Origin: Patescibacteria group bacterium
Lineage (GTDB): Bacteria; Patescibacteriota; Patescibacteriia; SG8-24; DYFX01
Direction: 5' to 3'
NCBI GenBank assembly: GCA_041659045.1
Contig: JBAZZB010000001.1
Coordinates: forward strand, 262,111 to 326,110
DNA: 64,000 bases
Part shown: in pieces, positions 1 to 7,759 of the stretch
Numbering within the stretch: the first letter of the stretch is position 1
How the letters are laid out: each line of letters opens with the position of its first letter
The notes under the pieces: generated by a model
Told to the model about the DNA's origin: nothing
Databases searched by the model: none
Seen by the model: the letters and a program-made list of their open reading frames with translations, nothing else
Translations under genes and position numbers: made by a program

Positions 1-545
1 CGATCAGTACTTGCGGTATCGTGCCGGGAATTCTTCGGTTGGCCGACGAACCGATGCAGGTGAACCTCGCAATTTCGCTCCATGCGCCGAATGATGAATT
101 GCGCTCCAAGCTCATGCCGGTCAACAAAGCGTATCCGCTCGCGAAATTGTTTGATGCGATTAAAACGTACGTGCAAAAAAGCGGACGAAAAGTCATGTTC
201 GAATATCTTCTGATCGACGGCGTCAACGATTCGCCGCAGATCGCCGACGAATTGGCCGACTTGCTGATTCGCGAGAATCCGGAAGGCAAGAATCGTCCGA
301 CGGGTCTGTATCACGTAAACCTCATCAAGTACCACACGACGGACGTTTCTGCCTCAGCCGCTGAACGGTTCGGTCTGCCGATCGATCCGAAGTCGGGCAC
401 GGGCACATTTCCGTCGTCTCCGGTCGACCGACGTAAGGCCTTCATGCAGGTGCTCGAGGAACGCGGAATCTCGGTCACGCATCGCATCACGTTCGGTGAA
501 GATATCGACGCGGCCTGCGGACAACTTGCAAACAAAGAGGCCTAA
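1..545 (+). CDS. rlmN: 23S rRNA (adenine2503-C2)-methyltransferase RlmN, C-terminal part (5' end lies upstream of window)
   Basis: ORF open to window start; radical-SAM RlmN/Cfr C-terminal motifs LHAPNDELR, FEYLLIDGVNDS, HVNLIKYH. Confidence 0.8.
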   Translation, partial: ISTCGIVPGILRLADEPMQVNLAISLHAPNDELRSKLMPVNKAYPLAKLFDAIKTYVQKSGRKVMFEYLLIDGVNDSPQIADELADLLIRENPEGKNRPTGLYHVNLIKYHTTDVSASAAERFGLPIDPKSGTGTFPSSPVDRRKAFMQVLEERGISVTHRITFGEDIDAACGQLANKEA

Positions 546-605
546 CAGCTAAGGTGCCGTTAGGTCTTTTCGTTCTGAGAAGGCTGTTCAAGATAGGAGG
601 TACTG

Positions 606-1886
606 ATGGCTGCGAGACACCCTCGGGGCCGGAAGGCTCCCAAGCGCAAGCATGGCCGCTACAAGATCCGCGGCAAGTGGATCACGGTCGAGTACTTCAG
701 AGGATACGAGCTTCGGCACACGCAGCCGGATCTCGACATCTTCTTCTGGAACGGCGACGGCAGCCTGATCGGAGAGTCCGTCAAACGGAACACGCTCTGG
801 CTCGACGTGGCCTACCGCGCCGAAGAGGCGTTCATGGTGCGGGTCTACGAGATCCAAACCATGCGCAAGTGGAGCAAGAGCGGCGACAACAAGCGTTGTC
901 CGCCGTATCAGCACCAGCGCGAGGAGTTGAAGCAGAAGTTGTGTTTGCCCGGACCGGTGCCGGACTTTGTCGTGAGTAAGACGCACGACGAAGCTCGGCA
1001 ACTCGATATCTGGCACGTGCGCGGAGACATCATCCGCCAGTACCACGACCCGCACTTTGTCTTCGGCGGTCACGACCTGGTCTATGCCTACGTTCCGAAG
1101 CGGACGGTCTTCATCGACGTCTGTCAGGACGAGCGCGAGATCCCATACAGCTTGCATCACGAGATCGTGGAACGCGAGCTGATGGAGAAGGGTTGGACCT
1201 ACAACCGAGCGCATGCGCGAGCTATCCGCGCCGAACTCACGGTTCGACTCGAGGAGTATCGATTGAAGAATCCACCGACTCCGAAGCCGGAACCACTACC
1301 TCTGGTCGCGATCGGCCAAGAGACGGATGCTGGTTGCGGTCCCACGAGCGAGAAGATGCTGCTCGACTTCGATGACGTGCTTGATCCGGATACGGGAAAG
1401 CCGTTCACGGAGGAGAAGCTCATCGTGCTCAGCGAGTGCGATCCCGAGCTTGGCACGGATCACGCTCCGCTCGTGAAGGCGACGCAGAAGATCGTCGGTG
1501 ACGCCTTCACGCATGGTGAGAGCGGCACCATCCGCATGCTGCGCCGCGTCGTTCTTAAGGAACGTCGGCCTGTCATGGTTGGTTGGTGGAGTGGTCCGCA
1601 CCATACGTCCGAAGAGGTGCGCGCTGATCCCGAACTGGACGAAGGGCATTATTGCGTCGTGAAGCACATCACGCGCACACATGTCATTCTCGCCGACCCC
1701 TGGATCATCGACGATGATTCTGAGGAAGGCGGCGCTCCCGGCGACAACAAGATCCCCATCAAGGAGTTCTTGGAACGCTGGTACGACATGGACGGTACCC
1801 CCACACCCACGGACCCCGGCTTCCACATCGTGCGCGGCTGGTTCCTCTTCCTCCACGCCAAGCCCCTCAAACCGAAAAGCGACTGA
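606..1886 (+). CDS. hypothetical two-domain protein; basic N-terminus, unknown N-domain, C-terminal C39-like cysteine peptidase domain
   Basis: AGGAGG SD 8 nt upstream of ATG; C-terminal half has GCGPTS (Cys) and GHYCVV...ILADPW (His) spacing typical of Peptidase_C39-like fold; no signal peptide. Confidence 0.55.
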   Translation: MAARHPRGRKAPKRKHGRYKIRGKWITVEYFRGYELRHTQPDLDIFFWNGDGSLIGESVKRNTLWLDVAYRAEEAFMVRVYEIQTMRKWSKSGDNKRCPPYQHQREELKQKLCLPGPVPDFVVSKTHDEARQLDIWHVRGDIIRQYHDPHFVFGGHDLVYAYVPKRTVFIDVCQDEREIPYSLHHEIVERELMEKGWTYNRAHARAIRAELTVRLEEYRLKNPPTPKPEPLPLVAIGQETDAGCGPTSEKMLLDFDDVLDPDTGKPFTEEKLIVLSECDPELGTDHAPLVKATQKIVGDAFTHGESGTIRMLRRVVLKERRPVMVGWWSGPHHTSEEVRADPELDEGHYCVVKHITRTHVILADPWIIDDDSEEGGAPGDNKIPIKEFLERWYDMDGTPTPTDPGFHIVRGWFLFLHAKPLKPKSD

Positions 1887-1963
1887 CCCCCCCTGCATCC
1901 ACCGGTGCAGGGTTTTTCTCTTGCTTCATTTCGGCCTCTGTGTTACCTTTTGCCCAAGAACGT

Positions 1964-2836
1964 ATGCGAAAGACCTCTCTGAATGTTATTGGCATCATGG
2001 GCCTCGGCATGGTTGGCGGAGCTCTTTTTCGGTATTTCGAAAAAAACCGCGGCCTTGTTCCGGGCGAAACCCTGGTCGGCTACGACCCGATGAAGCCTGG
2101 CTACCAGGATGTTGAACCGCTGCAGAAAGCCGAGGTTGTCTTTATCGGTGTTCCAACTCCGTACCTCACGGGTGAAGACGGAAAAATCGGTTTTGACGAG
2201 TCGTATGTCCGCGCCGCTATCGAAGCGCTTCGTGATCCGAAGATTGTCGTCATCAAGTCGACGGTGCTTCCCGGTACGACCGAACGCATGCAGAAGGATT
2301 ACCCGCAACACAAGTTCCTGTTCAACCCGGAATTCCTGACGGAAATTTCCGCGGATCAAGACATGAATTACCCCGATCGCCAATTGATCGGTACGACGGA
2401 AGAATCGTATAACGTCGCGCTCGACGTCATGCATCTTCTGCCGATGGCTCCCTTCGAACGCGTCATGCGCGCCCGCGAGGCCGAGATGGTCAAGTACTAC
2501 AGCAACACCTGGTTCTCGACGAAGGTCGTTTTTGCCAACCAGATGTACGACCTCTGCCAGGCGCTTGAAGTCGAGTACGACGTCGTCAAAGAAGGTGCCG
2601 CCGCCGACAAGCGCATCGGACGCACGCACCTCGAAGTGTTTCACAAAGGTTATCGCGGTTACGGTGGTAAGTGCCTGCCGAAAGATACACGCGCGCTCAT
2701 CCAGCTCGGCGACCAGCTCGGCGTCGAGATGGCGCTTCTGAAACGCGTCGAGGAACTGAACAATGCGCTCGTGGAAGCCCGTGCTGAAAAGAAAGTGGCA
2801 GAGCAGGCGCAGGAAAAAGCGCCGCAACCGGCATGA
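1964..2836 (+). CDS. UDP-glucose/GDP-mannose dehydrogenase family protein, short form lacking C-terminal UDP-binding domain
   Basis: Rossmann GLGMVGG near N-terminus, catalytic-Cys motif GGKCLPKD about 50 aa before stop; start placed at internal ATG (MRKTSLNVIG) rather than the GTG at 1940. Confidence 0.75.
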   Translation: MRKTSLNVIGIMGLGMVGGALFRYFEKNRGLVPGETLVGYDPMKPGYQDVEPLQKAEVVFIGVPTPYLTGEDGKIGFDESYVRAAIEALRDPKIVVIKSTVLPGTTERMQKDYPQHKFLFNPEFLTEISADQDMNYPDRQLIGTTEESYNVALDVMHLLPMAPFERVMRAREAEMVKYYSNTWFSTKVVFANQMYDLCQALEVEYDVVKEGAAADKRIGRTHLEVFHKGYRGYGGKCLPKDTRALIQLGDQLGVEMALLKRVEELNNALVEARAEKKVAEQAQEKAPQPA

Positions 2837-2884
2837 AACGATAGACCTTGAACGGTCTATTTTTTCATGCTAGCCTGATGCGTT

Positions 2885-3967
2885 ATGTGGCAGAACACCG
2901 GCAAACCTAAAGTACTGGTCGGCATGTCTGGCGGCGTGGATTCTTCCGTGGCCGCGTCGTTGTTATTGGATCAGGGCTACGACGTGGTCGGTGCCTTCAT
3001 GAAGAATTGGTCGGACACCAAGGATCCAAAGACGGGGGAGTGCGCTTGGAAGGAGGAGCGCCGCGATGCGATGCGCGTGGCCGCGCAACTCGGCATTCCG
3101 TTTCTGACGTTCGATTTTGAAAAAGAATACAACGAAGTTGTCGTTGCGTATTTGTATCGTGAATACGCCGCCGGACGCACGCCGAATCCGGACGTCATGT
3201 GTAATCGCGTCGTGAAGTTTGACCTCTTCTTGAAAGAGGCGCTGAAGGCCGGCGCTGACTTCATTGCTACGGGTCACTACGCGCGCGTCGCCAAAAAAAC
3301 TGACGGTTCGTTTGCGCTGCTTGCCGGGCTCGACCGTGCCAAAGATCAGTCCTACTTCGTCTTTTCGCTCGGGCAGGAGCAATTGAAGCATGTGCTCTTC
3401 CCCGTTGGCGATCTCGATAAGCGCGATGTGCGTGCGTATGCGCGCGCTAAGGGTCTCGACACGGCCGAGAAAAAAGATTCCCAGGGCATTTGTTTTATCG
3501 GCCAAGTTGAAATTCGTGATTTCTTGAAGCGCGTGTTGAAACCAAAACCTGGTGACATTGTAACGACTGATGGAAAAGTGATCGGAAAACATGACGACGC
3601 GCAGGCGTTCACGCTTGGACAGCGCCACGGACTTGGCGTCGGTGGCGGCGTACCGTATTATGTTTCCGGAATTGACGTTACGAATGGCATCGTTACGGTC
3701 GCAGAGGGCGCCGATCACCCGGCATTGTTCAAGCAAAAACTTGAGGCGGGGGAGTGGCATTGGGTTTCCGGTCATGCGCCCGTTACGCCACTGTACGCGC
3801 GGGCCCGTATTCGCTACCGCCAACCACTTCAAGACTGCGAAGCGCACGCCACGAAAACAGGATACGAACTTCGCTTCGCCAAACCGCAGCGCGCCGTCAC
3901 GCCAGGACAATTTGCCGTGCTCTACGACGGCGACGAGGTACTCGGCGGCGGCGTCATCGAAAAATAA
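2885..3967 (+). CDS. mnmA: tRNA-specific 2-thiouridylase MnmA
   Basis: PP-loop SGGVDSSVAA, full-length MnmA-like sequence, conserved C-terminal domain. Confidence 0.9.
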   Translation: MWQNTGKPKVLVGMSGGVDSSVAASLLLDQGYDVVGAFMKNWSDTKDPKTGECAWKEERRDAMRVAAQLGIPFLTFDFEKEYNEVVVAYLYREYAAGRTPNPDVMCNRVVKFDLFLKEALKAGADFIATGHYARVAKKTDGSFALLAGLDRAKDQSYFVFSLGQEQLKHVLFPVGDLDKRDVRAYARAKGLDTAEKKDSQGICFIGQVEIRDFLKRVLKPKPGDIVTTDGKVIGKHDDAQAFTLGQRHGLGVGGGVPYYVSGIDVTNGIVTVAEGADHPALFKQKLEAGEWHWVSGHAPVTPLYARARIRYRQPLQDCEAHATKTGYELRFAKPQRAVTPGQFAVLYDGDEVLGGGVIEK

Positions 3968-3995
3968 AAGAGCTCCCAAGCGGGAGCTTTATTTG
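3967..3995. terminator. bidirectional intrinsic terminator between convergent mnmA and ADP-ribosylglycohydrolase genes
   Basis: hairpin agctccc-aagc-gggagct flanked by A-run upstream and T-rich run downstream. Confidence 0.6.
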
Positions 3996-5140
3996 TAACC
4001 AATCTTGCGGAGCATGACGTCCGGGTCCCAGCCCTCGGGCGCGGTGCGGCGGGTTGCGATGCTGTAGAGATCGTTGCCGATCTTCTTGGCGGTCTGGCCG
4101 CTGTCGTGCAGATGCGAGACCCAGTCCTTCGGCCACCAGTTCGGATCACAGCTTCCTGCGCCCATCATGGCACCGACCATTGCTGCGACCGTGTCGGTGT
4201 CACCACCAGCGTTGATCGCTTCAAGCACGGCGGCCGTTGGTTCGGGATCCTCGCAGTGGCGGTACCAGATCGCGATCGCGAGCGGAATCGTCGTCAGTGC
4301 ATCAGCAATATCTCCGCTCCCGAACGCCCAGAGCGCTTCCGGATCGCCGCTCAATCGCAGCGCGTGCTTGAGCGCGTCTGAGAAACGTACTTCGTCGACG
4401 TGCTGCAAGCGGTAGAGGTGCTCGGCTTGTTCGACGCGTTCGATCAACTGCAGAAAGATACCTTCGGGGCTGTAGGACAATCCTCCTGCGACGATCCAAG
4501 CAACGGCGTACGCGGCGATCGAGCAGACAGGATCGGCATGTGTCATTCGCCCGTACTGCATGATCGTTTCGAGCGCCACTCCGTTGTCGAAGCTGTTGCG
4601 CAAGCCCAGGAAGAGTGCCAGCGCCGGAACCTTCATTCCCACGCCATTCCCGCGACTCTTCCAAGCCCGATGCGGCGCGGGGTGCGCCGGATTGCGCGGT
4701 ATCGCCTTGGCCCAGAGTTCTGCGTTCTTCAGGTTGCCCTTGAAGTTCGGCGGCTTGATGATGCCACGTGCCCGCGCGCGGTACCACTTGTCGTGTTCGA
4801 AGAGTGAAAACTTGGTCGTGCCGCCCCAGCCCGCGACGTCGTTCCACAGGGCGTAGAGGTGATGCAACACCTGCAGCTCGTGATCGTAGGTGCCAGCCTG
4901 GATCAAGGCGTCGGCGGTTGCGTTGAAGAGCTGGCTGTCGTCCGTCGTCGAGCCCGGCAAAAGATCGCGTGTATCCGGAAGCTTCCGCGGCAGAACGAGG
5001 CCGGGCATGGGTCCGGTAATGCCGGTTCCTCCAGTGCCAGAGAGAATCAGTTCTCGTGACAGGCATTCCACGGGCATGCCGAGCGTATCGCCCAAGTGCA
5101 GGCCCGTAGCACTATTGATCACCCGCTGCTTGATGCGCAT
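3989..5140 (-). CDS. ADP-ribosylglycohydrolase family protein
   Basis: GGDTDTVAAMVGAMMGA and N-terminal GLHLGDTLGMPVE ARH motifs; start placed at MRIKQR (GAGG SD) rather than the upstream ATG at 5194, which sits inside a TTGACG -35-like box. Confidence 0.8.
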   Translation of the reverse strand: MRIKQRVINSATGLHLGDTLGMPVECLSRELILSGTGGTGITGPMPGLVLPRKLPDTRDLLPGSTTDDSQLFNATADALIQAGTYDHELQVLHHLYALWNDVAGWGGTTKFSLFEHDKWYRARARGIIKPPNFKGNLKNAELWAKAIPRNPAHPAPHRAWKSRGNGVGMKVPALALFLGLRNSFDNGVALETIMQYGRMTHADPVCSIAAYAVAWIVAGGLSYSPEGIFLQLIERVEQAEHLYRLQHVDEVRFSDALKHALRLSGDPEALWAFGSGDIADALTTIPLAIAIWYRHCEDPEPTAAVLEAINAGGDTDTVAAMVGAMMGAGSCDPNWWPKDWVSHLHDSGQTAKKIGNDLYSIATRRTAPEGWDPDVMLRKIGYK

Positions 5141-5273
5141 GGAAACCTCGTTTTGCAGGAGTTGGTGGAAAGAGCGAAGGCTTGACCCTAGCATCAGAAC
5201 TTGACCGCGTCAACGTAAGATTTTCACGTCTCGCTCGTCGATATGCTACAGTAGCTCTTGAAGAATATTTCTC

Positions 5274-5513
5274 ATGCGACGCGTCCTTCATTTCGCCCGC
5301 CGCAATAAATTCCTGATTCTCGCCACAGCACTTCTTATGGTTGGTGCGGGTTGCGTTGGCGCTGCACGAGAAGCGGGTGATCAGCTCACAGAAGACGCTT
5401 TGAAACCAATCACGGTACCAGTTGATGCATATCAACGTGCTGTCGATGCGGCTTCTGCGACGGAAACACTCAACCGCGCACGCATCGACCAAGCTGGAGG
5501 ACTCGGTCAATAA
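5274..5513 (+). CDS. small lipoprotein, hypothetical
   Basis: signal peptide with lipobox LMVGAGC; 79 aa; followed by terminator. Confidence 0.5.
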   Translation: MRRVLHFARRNKFLILATALLMVGAGCVGAAREAGDQLTEDALKPITVPVDAYQRAVDAASATETLNRARIDQAGGLGQ

Positions 5514-5545
5514 AAAAGCCCAGCCGAACGGCTGGGTTCTGTGTT
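5512..5545. terminator. bidirectional intrinsic terminator
   Basis: AAAAAA-gcccagccg-aac-ggctgggt-TCTGTGTT hairpin between convergent genes. Confidence 0.7.
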
Positions 5546-6145
5546 CTACGGACCGCAGTCCTGCGCGACGTAGGCGCAGCTCGCGGGACAACCGATGGGC
5601 GGGCTGCTGTAGCAGACGCCGTCGGCCGGGCAGAAGAAGGGGAAAGAGGCGGGGCACTCTTGGAAGATGCCGTTGCAGCAGTTGGCCCAGCTGCTGTTGT
5701 TGCCGCAGCGCCAGTTGTTGCCGTTGCAGACAAACGCGTAGCCGGAGCAGTTGGTACCGGGTGTCCAACAGACGTTGTCGCCCGGGCAATCGACGGGGAA
5801 GTTCGGGTTCGTGCACGTGCCGCAGTCGCCCGGACAGCTCGTCGAGCTCTCGCCGCTCTCACAGGAGCCGTTGCCGCAGACCGGGCCGTTCTGGCCGCAA
5901 TCCGCGGGACAGTTCTGGGCGTTCTCGCCGTCCGATGATCGGCAGAAGCCGTCGCCACACGGGTCGTCGGACGCACAGTCCTCCGAGCAGTTGAACTCGT
6001 TCTCGCCGTCGGCGATCTCGCAGACGCCGTCGCCGCAGACGTAGCTGCCGTCATCGTCGTCGCTGGGACAGCCGGAGAGGAAGATCGTGAACGCCAGGCA
6101 CGCGAACGGGAAGATCGAAACTCGCATTCCGTAGAAAGATCGCAT
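5546..6145 (-). CDS. cysteine-rich secreted lipoprotein (paralog A), tandem C-G-D/N-G-x-C...E-N-x-x-C-x-x-D-C repeats
   Basis: lipobox FLSGC; about 40 Cys in 199 aa; three ~20-aa Cys repeats; GGAGG SD. Confidence 0.7.
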   Translation of the reverse strand: MRSFYGMRVSIFPFACLAFTIFLSGCPSDDDDGSYVCGDGVCEIADGENEFNCSEDCASDDPCGDGFCRSSDGENAQNCPADCGQNGPVCGNGSCESGESSTSCPGDCGTCTNPNFPVDCPGDNVCWTPGTNCSGYAFVCNGNNWRCGNNSSWANCCNGIFQECPASFPFFCPADGVCYSSPPIGCPASCAYVAQDCGP

Positions 6146-6171
6146 AGCACCTCCTGAGGGTTGAGCGGGAA

Positions 6172-6200
6172 CAAGATGTCACACGAAATCGTTTTTGTCA
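6172..6200 (-). promoter_or_regulatory. putative sigma70-type promoter of Cys-rich lipoprotein A (-35 CTTGACAAAAC context, weak -10)
   Basis: minus-strand TTGACA (plus tgtcaa 6195-6200) shares the extended context seen upstream of the two neighbouring genes; -10 poorly defined. Confidence 0.35.
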
Positions 6201-6263
6201 AGAAACAAAGAGCGCACCCGGACGGCATGAGCGAGAGGCTCTTTGCCGCGCGGGTGCGCGTGT
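6199..6263 (-). repeat. 65-nt conserved structured element, copy 1 (3' of Cys-rich lipoprotein B; complex intrinsic-terminator-like)
   Basis: about 92% identical to 14906..14973; minus-strand RNA folds GCGCACCCG...CGGGUGCGC outer stem with inner GGCA-GAGC..GCUC-UGCC hairpin followed by UCUUUGUUUCUU. Confidence 0.6.
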
Positions 6264-6269
6264 TGAGGC

Positions 6270-6791
6270 TTACAGCCGGCAGGAGAACATGGGGAAGTAG
6301 CAGGAGTTGCCGGTGCCGTATGCGCAGTCGCTTCGGTTCACGACGCATGCCTGGCTGTTGGGACACCAGTACGGCGTCTCGACGGGGCACCAGAAGATGT
6401 CCGAGTCGTTAGGGCCGCTGTCACAGCAGTTCCAGGCGACGTCCGCCGAGGGGCAGCGTTCGCGGCCCGAGTGACAGACGTTCGGTGGGACCGGCAGGTC
6501 GCAGTCGGTTCCGGCGACGTTGCACTCGATCGCGTCGCCCTCGCAGTACACGGGATGAGCCGGGTCGTTGAGGCAGACGCCGCTGCAGTCCTCGCTGCAG
6601 TTGCCGATGTCCTCACCGGGATCGCAGATGCCGTTGCTGCAGGTGCCTCCGGTGCTCGAGTCGGGCATGGTGCCCGCGTCCGGATCCGGATCGGTACAGC
6701 CGCTGGTCTGGGTGCAGTTGTCGTCGTCGTTGGTACAGGCGACGACAGTGAAGGCAACGAACAGGGAGAAGAGAGTGGTCAAGGTGCGCAT
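6270..6791 (-). CDS. cysteine-rich secreted lipoprotein (paralog B)
   Basis: lipobox TVVAC; CSNGICDPGEDIGNCSEDC repeat; C-terminal Cys domain alignable with paralog A (NCCDSG..FWCP..CAYG vs NCCNGI..FFCP..CAYV); GGAGG SD. Confidence 0.7.
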   Translation of the reverse strand: MRTLTTLFSLFVAFTVVACTNDDDNCTQTSGCTDPDPDAGTMPDSSTGGTCSNGICDPGEDIGNCSEDCSGVCLNDPAHPVYCEGDAIECNVAGTDCDLPVPPNVCHSGRERCPSADVAWNCCDSGPNDSDIFWCPVETPYWCPNSQACVVNRSDCAYGTGNSCYFPMFSCRL

Positions 6792-6863
6792 GGAAACCTC
6801 CGGATGGACGCTTTTGTTTCTACGCCCCTTCCGGGGCTCTTTTGCCCCTCATGGGTTAGAAAC

Positions 6864-6892
6864 AGGCTATCACATTTCAGGGGTTTTGTCAA
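6864..6892 (-). promoter_or_regulatory. sigma70-type promoter of Cys-rich lipoprotein B
   Basis: minus-strand TTGACA-N17-TAGCCT, about 95 nt upstream of ATG. Confidence 0.5.
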
Positions 6893-6965
6893 GATTCCGC
6901 GGTGGTCAGTGTGAATAAAAAAAAGCGCATTGGAGTGTCAGTCCAATGCGGAAGGGGTGGGGTGT

Positions 6966-7574
6966 TTAGAGGCAGTCGCGAATGGCGCAGGCGTCCTCGA
7001 CGTCCTTGACCGTCCAGGTCACGCTCTCGTGCTTCGAGACCATGTTCTGGCCCGAGCCCGTGTCGGCATGCTCCATGCCGAACGCGTGGCCGAGCTCATG
7101 CTCGACAACGCCCTGGACCATCCAGGTGCATGGCCAGCCCACGGGCGTGCCGGGAAGATGACAGCTGCCGTCGGGGCTGTCGCTGAAGAGAACGATGTCG
7201 TCGTTCTCGTCGAACAGTCCGGCCTTCTTCTGCTCGACCTTGTAGGTCTGCCAGAGATCCTGGCCGTAGGCGCTCGGGTAGCCGTCGTACACGATATAGA
7301 AGCAGTGGCGGCCGTCGCCGATGTCGCTCTCGTCGTAGACGTTCTCGTCCGGCAGGATGCCGGCGAGATGGAACGGCTTCGCACCGGACACGAGCGTGAT
7401 CTTGGAGTTGATATCCAGGACCCCGTCGTCGATGTGCTCGAGCTGAGCGGGAAGCCAGTCGCCGCAGGCATAGACATCGGCAGTGCGGCCGTTCTGGATC
7501 TCCTCGTACCCTTGGTCGCAGCCAACCGAGAGTGCCATCATGCACAGAGACAGAATCAGGGTGAGTGCCTTCAT
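6966..7574 (-). CDS. secreted lipoprotein zinc metalloprotease, metzincin type
   Basis: lipobox LSVGC; HELGHAFGMEH = HExxHxxGxxH metzincin zinc-binding consensus; AGGAGG SD. Confidence 0.75.
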   Translation of the reverse strand: MKALTLILSLCMMALSVGCDQGYEEIQNGRTADVYACGDWLPAQLEHIDDGVLDINSKITLVSGAKPFHLAGILPDENVYDESDIGDGRHCFYIVYDGYPSAYGQDLWQTYKVEQKKAGLFDENDDIVLFSDSPDGSCHLPGTPVGWPCTWMVQGVVEHELGHAFGMEHADTGSGQNMVSKHESVTWTVKDVEDACAIRDCL

Positions 7575-7661
7575 GGTGACCTCCTGGCCTTATGGCCGCG
7601 TTGTGGGTTGTGTTGTGGAGAAAATGAGATGAGCGCACCCCGCTAGGGGATGATGTGGTGT

Positions 7662-7690
7662 ATGCTAGCATAAAATAGCGGTTTTGTCAA
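7662..7690 (-). promoter_or_regulatory. sigma70-type promoter of metzincin gene
   Basis: minus-strand TTGACA-N17-TAGCAT, -35 in CTTGACAAAAC context. Confidence 0.5.
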
Positions 7691-7759
7691 CCTGTAAGCC
7701 CTCGCGCAGGCCTTGCCAACCATCCCGAAAACCGCTACAGTTTTTCACTGAGAACCCCC

